Made by a program: the position numbers and the translations under genes. 64,000 nucleotides of DNA, taken from Thermodesulfobacteriota bacterium (GTDB taxonomy: Bacteria > Desulfobacterota_D > UBA1144 > Nemesobacterales > Nemesobacteraceae). Of the stretch, positions 58,494 to 64,000 are shown in pieces (positions within the stretch are counted from its first letter, which is position 1; every line of letters begins with the position of its first letter). The notes below the pieces were generated by a model. It had not been told where the DNA came from. It was given only the letters and a program-made list of their open reading frames with translations, and searched no databases. The stretch lies in contig OZ252213.1 of the NCBI GenBank assembly GCA_965249045.1, positions 201,329 to 265,328 on the forward strand, given 5' to 3'.

Positions 58494-60521
58494 ATGAGCG
58501 ATTTGGAAAAAAAGAGGAAATCAACCTACGACATCAAGATCCTTGGGTGGATACTGGGGTTTGTCGGAAAGTACCGGATTTATTTCGCCCTCTCGTTTCT
58601 GCTGATGACCGCTACCGCCGCGCTTGAGATCACGGTCCCGTACCTTATTAAAACGGCGGTCGACAATCAGATCTATCCCACCTGGAGCAAAACGGAGAGC
58701 GGGCAGCAAACAGATCAGACGCTCCTGGGGCTCGGAGAAGAAGCCACGCTTGCTCTTCCCGACGGAGGGCTTCTGGTCGATTTCTCAAAACTCTCCTCTT
58801 CAGAAAAAGACAGAATCGAACGCTCGGGCGTTTCGTTCTCGCGGATAAAATACATCGTGATTGACCCCGGGGAATTCGAGGGAGAGGAAAAACAGAGGGT
58901 TCTGGGGATAATCGCCCAGAACCCCTCTTTATTCGAGAAAACGGAGGGGGTCGCGTTTGTGGCCCACTCGGAGCTTTCGGGTCTTGGGAAAAAGGAAGTA
59001 TCGCTTCTTCGCTCAAAACAGACAAAAAGACTAAGGACCCTGGCCTTCTACGTATTTCTCTGCGTAGCCGGAATTTTCATCTTCACCTCCTCCTTTACCT
59101 ACCTTCTTTACTACTCGGGACACCGCATAATGCACGACATACGAAACCACACCCTCTCCCACATACTCTCCCTCCCCCAAGAGTACTTTGACCGAAACCC
59201 CGTGGGCAGGATAACCACCCGCGTCACAAACGATGTAAACGCCATAAACGAAATGTACACCTCCGTTCTCATACATTTTATAAAGGACATCATAATCATA
59301 ATCGGCACGCTGGTGATCATGTTCACGATGAATGTCGGGCTCACGCTTATAATCGTCGCGCTTACCGTGTTTCTGGGTTTCGTGGTATCAATTTTCCGGA
59401 TGAAGCTTCGGCTGGTATACAGGGAAATCCGCATGACCATCGCCAGGTTAAACACCTTCGTCGCGGAAAGCATGAGGGGTATAGTGCTTCTTAAGCTTTA
59501 CGGAAAGGAAGAGAGGAACTTCGAGAAATTCTGGGAGGTTAACAGGGAGAACTACAGGGCAAATATTCAGCAGCTCTGGGTCTACGTCTTCTTCCGTCCC
59601 TCCGTAGAGTACGTAGGTATAGCCGCAACGGGGATAATTCTTTGGTACGGGGCGATCAGAGTTATGGATCTTGATCTCTCCCTGGGGGCCCTGCTAGCGT
59701 TTCTTTATTACGTAAGGATGATTTTCAAGCCCATACAGGATCTCTCGGAAAAATTCAACGTCTTCCAATCAGCCGTGGCCGCCTCGGAGAACCTCTACGA
59801 CACCCTAGCGGAAGAACCGGAAGCAACGGGGTCTTCCGTACCCGAGAGGACCGAAGGCATCCTCGAGTTTCGAGATGTGTGGTTTTCGTACAACGATCGT
59901 GAATGGGTGCTTAAGAACGCGTCTTTCATAATAAGACCGGGGCAAAGCGCCGCTTTGGTGGGAATCACGGGAGCGGGAAAAACGACCATCGTGAACCTGG
60001 TTTTAAAATTCTACAAGCCCCAGAGAGGAGAAATTCTCTTTAACGGCGTAAACGTCGAGCAGCTCTCAAACCGCTACCTGCGCTCGAACATAACCGCTAT
60101 TTTTCAGGACCTGTTTTTGTTCGAAAAAGACATATCCGACGAAAGAGACGAATTAGGTGGTTCGGTGTTTGAGACCGAAAAACTTTCTTCTGGAGAAACC
60201 CAGGCCCGCTCGATTGAAAAGGCGGTCAGGAAGAATTCAAAGCTCCTGATAATGGACGAAGCCACTTCCCACATGGACGCGGAAACGGAGAAAAGAATAC
60301 AGGAGGTAATAAGGAAAAATGCGGGCTCTCAGACAAGGCTCGTGATAACCCACAAGCTTGTGACCCTGAAAAACGTGGATAACGTGATAGTCATTCACAA
60401 AGGAGAAGTGGTGGAGCAGGGAACTCACGAGAAACTCCTTCAAAACAAAAATATCTATTACACTCTCTATGAGTTTCTGAGGAAAACTTCCGCGGATCCT
60501 CTCCCAAGCGGCGGCGCGTGA
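58494..60521 (+). CDS. ABC exporter, fused permease/ATPase, subunit 2 (likely heterodimer partner); degenerate signature region
   Basis: Walker A GITGAGKTTIVN. In place of the signature is LSSGETQAR, and the Walker B region reads LLIMDEATS. Confidence 0.8.
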   Translation: MSDLEKKRKSTYDIKILGWILGFVGKYRIYFALSFLLMTATAALEITVPYLIKTAVDNQIYPTWSKTESGQQTDQTLLGLGEEATLALPDGGLLVDFSKLSSSEKDRIERSGVSFSRIKYIVIDPGEFEGEEKQRVLGIIAQNPSLFEKTEGVAFVAHSELSGLGKKEVSLLRSKQTKRLRTLAFYVFLCVAGIFIFTSSFTYLLYYSGHRIMHDIRNHTLSHILSLPQEYFDRNPVGRITTRVTNDVNAINEMYTSVLIHFIKDIIIIIGTLVIMFTMNVGLTLIIVALTVFLGFVVSIFRMKLRLVYREIRMTIARLNTFVAESMRGIVLLKLYGKEERNFEKFWEVNRENYRANIQQLWVYVFFRPSVEYVGIAATGIILWYGAIRVMDLDLSLGALLAFLYYVRMIFKPIQDLSEKFNVFQSAVAASENLYDTLAEEPEATGSSVPERTEGILEFRDVWFSYNDREWVLKNASFIIRPGQSAALVGITGAGKTTIVNLVLKFYKPQRGEILFNGVNVEQLSNRYLRSNITAIFQDLFLFEKDISDERDELGGSVFETEKLSSGETQARSIEKAVRKNSKLLIMDEATSHMDAETEKRIQEVIRKNAGSQTRLVITHKLVTLKNVDNVIVIHKGEVVEQGTHEKLLQNKNIYYTLYEFLRKTSADPLPSGGA

Positions 60522-60542
60522 GAGCAAGCGCCCGCCCTGGGC

Positions 60543-61304
60543 CTAAAACACCCTGAGAAGCTTAAGAGCCATAAGCCCGACGGCAATGACAAGCGCCACC
60601 CTTATGTACTTCTCACCGCCCCTTGCGGAAAACGTGGCGCCGAACCACCCGCCAACAGAATTTCCCGCGGCAAGACAGATACCTATAAACCAGCTTATGT
60701 TTCCGCTTAGAAAGAATATGAGGATTGCGGGAACCGTGTAGAGAAGCACAATGATCACCTTGTGCGCGTTCACCCTGGCGAGAGATGCTCCCATAAGATG
60801 GTAAAGAACCGCCATTATGAAAAGCCCCACGCCGACCTGAATGAATCCACCGTAAAACCCTATCAAAACAAGGGCAGGGTAAAGAACCCACCCCCGTCTC
60901 TCCCCGTCGGGTCCGCCGAGGAGTTTCCCAAAAGAATCGACTTTAAGGAAAAAGGATGCGCAGACGAAAATAAGCACGACGGCCAGGATCTTCTCGAAAA
61001 GCTCATCTCCTACCCGAACCGCCGCAAAAGCTCCCACCAGAACGCCCGGGAGGGTAAAAGCCGCGAGCTTGACGCCGGTTTTTATGTCGGCAACACCTTC
61101 TTTTCTGAAAGAAAGAGTCGCGAAAAAATTCTGAAACAGAATCGCCACCCTGTTTGTTCCGTTTGCGACTGTGGGGTCGATTCCAAGGAATATGAGCACG
61201 GGAAGAACGATACTGCTTCCTCCACCCGCCATCACGTTTATCACTCCCGCCAGAACGCCCGTGAAAAAAAGCAGGGCTAAAGAAAGAAGATCGTATTCGT
61301 ACAT
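60543..61304 (-). CDS. TauE/SafE (TSUP) family anion exporter-like membrane protein
   Basis: Internal duplication of 4-TM units. GGGSS motif AGGGSSIVLP. Confidence 0.7.
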   Translation of the reverse strand: MYEYDLLSLALLFFTGVLAGVINVMAGGGSSIVLPVLIFLGIDPTVANGTNRVAILFQNFFATLSFRKEGVADIKTGVKLAAFTLPGVLVGAFAAVRVGDELFEKILAVVLIFVCASFFLKVDSFGKLLGGPDGERRGWVLYPALVLIGFYGGFIQVGVGLFIMAVLYHLMGASLARVNAHKVIIVLLYTVPAILIFFLSGNISWFIGICLAAGNSVGGWFGATFSARGGEKYIRVALVIAVGLMALKLLRVF

Positions 61305-61606
61305 GTTATTCGGATTCGGTCACGACAGAGGTTAGGAGAAGATTTTGGGCCGTCGCCAACCTGCCCCGAGCCCCTTTCTGCAAACTGAACTCAGAGTTAA
61401 AAAGAATCTGCATCCGCCGCGACCATGTCTCGTGGATTTTCCCGGTTCTCTTGGGTGCTTCTTAAATGATACCCGAAACCCCGCAAATGACATTGGCTGC
61501 GGAAATGGCGAAAGTACAGTTTAAAAAATATTCTTGCTTATAAAAATTAGGTTTACAAATTTATATTTAATGTTATATTTGTAACCAAGAAAGCAGGAGG
61601 CTTATA

Positions 61607-61831
61607 ATGGCAAAAAGAAATCAGCATGTTGTTCCGCATAAGGATGGATGGGCTGTTCGTGGTGCGGGAAGCCAGAGAGCAAGCTCAGTTCACAGAACTC
61701 AAAAAGATGCGATTCGTTCCGCAAGAAATACCGCTCTTAGGCAACGCACGGAAGTGGTTATCCACCGGCCTAACGGTCAGATCAGAGACCGTAATTCGTA
61801 CGGGAACGATCCCTATCCACCGAAGGGATAA
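61607..61831 (+). CDS. DUF2188 domain small protein
   Basis: HVVPHKDGWAVRGAG...IHRPNGQIRDRNSYGNDPYPP matches the DUF2188 consensus. A strong SD (GGAGG) precedes it. Confidence 0.6.
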   Translation: MAKRNQHVVPHKDGWAVRGAGSQRASSVHRTQKDAIRSARNTALRQRTEVVIHRPNGQIRDRNSYGNDPYPPKG

Positions 61832-62097
61832 CGGAACACCTGAATAAAAAGAACATAATTAGTAAACAGAGAGTAGGCTAATAATAGCATTTATATATCC
61901 CCGTGGATTTTACTATCGCTCAGTATCTTGTTTAGGTATTTGTAGCGTTACTAATCGGAACTTCCAACAAACTGTCCAGAGATATCCAATTTTATCTTAT
62001 GCGTTTGTTAAACCCGGCAGATCAGTAGCAACCTTATTTCCTTGACCATCTTCGGTTCGCTCTACCAACAGGATTTGCCATCAAAAGGAGAAGAACA

Positions 62098-63165
62098 ATG
62101 TTTAGTGAACGTTTGAAACTAGCCCGTAAGAAGGCCGGTTTTTCGCTGCGCAAACTGTCTGAGGCACTTAATAGAAATGTAAGTGCTCAGTCAATAGGAA
62201 AATATGAACGCGGCGAGATGATGCCGAGTTCCGCAATATTGATACAGTTAACCAACGTACTTGGCGTGTCGCTTGAGTACCTGCTAAGCGAACAGGTCAT
62301 GGAACTAAAGGAAATTGAGTTCCGCAAGCTATCGGGTGTCAACGCAAGCAAGAGGGCACAAGTTGAAGCCGTGGTTATAGAAAAACTTGAGCGTTACCTG
62401 GCAATTGAAGAAATTCTGGATATTGACAGTTTCTACTGGCACCAACAGAACCTTGGCAATATATTTCTCGGGAAGGAAAATGAGGGAGAAGTGATGGCCA
62501 ACGACCTGCGAGCAAAATGGGGACTTGGAATCAATCCGATTCCGAACATGACCGCCCTGCTTGAAAATCGCGGCATCAAGGTTGTCTTTATCGATCTGCC
62601 CAAAAACGTGTCGGGGCTTACCTGTCTTGCGCGCAAATCGAACAGAAAGCTGACCGTGCCGGTAATCGTAGTTAATCAAAATATGACTCTTGAACGCCGA
62701 CGCTTTACTCTCGCACACGAATTGGGACACAGACTTATCAATACCGAGTCCCCTGTTAATCACGAGAAGGCATCAAATGTTTTCGCGGGTGCTTTTCTAG
62801 TCCCGAAGAATCATCTCGTCCGTGAAGTCGGCATACGCCGCAACGCTCTTGCCTTCAAAGAATTCATGCAACTAAAACGCAGGTGTCGTGTCAGTGCTGC
62901 CACCTTACTCCTGCGCCTCAAACAGGTTGGAATCATAAACCAGTCTACTCTTTCGTATGCATTTCAAACTTACGCCAAAGGATGGCGTTCATCCGAACCG
63001 TCTCCATTGGAATCCGGCGAGGATAAGTATGAGGTCCCGCACCGATTTGAGTTGCTCTGCTATAGGGCTCTAGCGGAAAAACTGATCGCGCCAAGTAAAG
63101 CCTGCGAACTTTTGCAACGCCCTCTGGATGAAATCGCGCGAGCTATGAAGGGACCAAGCTATTAA
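62098..63165 (+). CDS. XRE-family HTH fused to ImmA/IrrE-family (DUF955) zinc metallopeptidase domain
   Basis: N-terminal HTH LKLARKKAGFSLRKLSEAL...IGKYERGE. HExxH motif LAHELGHRL. Confidence 0.75.
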   Translation: MFSERLKLARKKAGFSLRKLSEALNRNVSAQSIGKYERGEMMPSSAILIQLTNVLGVSLEYLLSEQVMELKEIEFRKLSGVNASKRAQVEAVVIEKLERYLAIEEILDIDSFYWHQQNLGNIFLGKENEGEVMANDLRAKWGLGINPIPNMTALLENRGIKVVFIDLPKNVSGLTCLARKSNRKLTVPVIVVNQNMTLERRRFTLAHELGHRLINTESPVNHEKASNVFAGAFLVPKNHLVREVGIRRNALAFKEFMQLKRRCRVSAATLLLRLKQVGIINQSTLSYAFQTYAKGWRSSEPSPLESGEDKYEVPHRFELLCYRALAEKLIAPSKACELLQRPLDEIARAMKGPSY

Positions 63166-63674
63166 TGCGTACGATAGTCTTTGATTCCTCCTGCCTTATC
63201 GACATGCACAAAGGCAGATTACTCATCTCAATGCTTAATCTGCCCTATAACTTTCAAATACCTGAAGTCATGTTCAAGGACGAACTTCTCAGCATCGCTT
63301 CTGCTGAGAAAAATAATCTTAGAAAACATGGCTTGAAAGTTGTTGATCTGTCTGAAGAATCTATCGTACAAGTTCGCAAGTACTTCAAGCAAAATCCCAG
63401 ACTTTCCTTAAAAGACTGCTTCGCGCTTGTTCTCGCGGAACAAATCTCCGACTCTATCCTGTTAACAGGTGACGCAAACCTCCGAGATACCGCATCAGAT
63501 GTCAGAACTGAAGTGCATGGGGTTTTATGGATAATTGACCAGATGCGCGATCACAAAATTGTCAACGCATCAGTTCTCTATAGGGCATTGTCTATTTTTA
63601 AAAACGACGAGATGGTCTTTCTACCGGAAAACGAAATTGAAATGCGTCTAAGAAGTCTGAAGCGAGAACTATAA
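63165..63674 (+). CDS. PIN-domain protein, start overlapping stop of the HTH-ImmA gene (ATGA-type coupling)
   Basis: IVFDSSCLID and LLTGDANL acidic residues in a PIN arrangement. Confidence 0.6.
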   Translation: MRTIVFDSSCLIDMHKGRLLISMLNLPYNFQIPEVMFKDELLSIASAEKNNLRKHGLKVVDLSEESIVQVRKYFKQNPRLSLKDCFALVLAEQISDSILLTGDANLRDTASDVRTEVHGVLWIIDQMRDHKIVNASVLYRALSIFKNDEMVFLPENEIEMRLRSLKREL

Positions 63675-63800
63675 ATATTTCACGGTCACAGATTACAGGA
63701 CCATAATCAAAAAAATCCCAAACAATAGCCTAAATATCTTAAAGACTTTGTGGGCATTTAAATTCTAAGCATTTTCTAGAAAAACCATTACGAAGCCAAA

Positions 63801-63905
63801 AAAACAATTACAAAATGCTATTTCTCCGGTAAAACAGTTACAAAACACCTTTTCTTTCAAAAAACAGTTACAAAACCTTCTTTTTCGAACAAAACAGTTA
63901 CAAAA
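63801..63905. repeat. Array of four 15-bp direct repeats AAAACARTTACAAAA with exact 30-bp phasing (iteron/operator-like)
   Basis: Copies at 63801, 63831, 63861 and 63891. The intervening 15-mers are all different. Confidence 0.7.
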
Positions 63906-64000
63906 TCCGGTTTGCCTCATTGAAAAGTCTCAGGTAGAAGCCGCTTCATCTTCTTTTATTGTCTGCCTTCGGGAGTTATCGTATTCGCATGGACAGTTTT

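Noticed and set aside
63801-63905. Possible CRISPR array
   Set aside because: The repeat is only 15 bp and the spacers only 15 bp, with 4 copies and no cas genes in view. Iteron or operator sites fit better.
1-64000. tRNA/rRNA genes and Rho-independent terminators
   Set aside because: I scanned intergenic regions for T-loop-like GTTCGAATCC-type motifs, cloverleaf-sized GC stems and hairpin-plus-T-run structures. None were convincing. Several convergent gene pairs have gaps under 10 bp.

Overview
This is a mosaic bacterial chromosomal segment of roughly 55-60% GC containing several AT-richer, probably horizontally acquired blocks. The first ~17 kb is an accessory, defense-island-like region. 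It holds a RecD-like SF1 helicase-nuclease gene split in frame by an IS3-family insertion sequence. Next comes a minus-strand SIR2-HerA antiphage pair, followed by a third co-directional gene encoding a winged-helix plus nucleoside-2-deoxyribosyltransferase-like (SLOG) protein. An IS30-family element sits 30 bp upstream of sir2. Beyond it lie an SbcD/SbcC-like nuclease/ATPase pair whose SbcC lacks a zinc hook, and an AT-rich UvrD-like helicase with an N-terminal membrane anchor, an embedded PD-(D/E)xK-like module and C-terminal zinc ribbons. Between 19 and 28 kb lies a decaying patch of AAA_14/DUF4143 ATPase paralogs and fragments. The same patch holds a nonsense-interrupted addiction-module antidote gene, a mazEF module and a Fic protein. 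The remainder is largely housekeeping: a dynamin-like GTPase, xerC-hslVU, the Anbu operon (permuted ATP-grasp, alpha-E, Anbu, transglutaminase), argBDF, uvrC, miaB, amt, transporters and a KefC-like antiporter. Interspersed are a second, decayed IS30 copy, a PIN operon with an unknown 315-aa partner, and a terminal DUF2188 / HTH-ImmA / PIN module followed by a 4x 30-bp-phased direct-repeat array. No rRNA, tRNA or CRISPR array was recognised.
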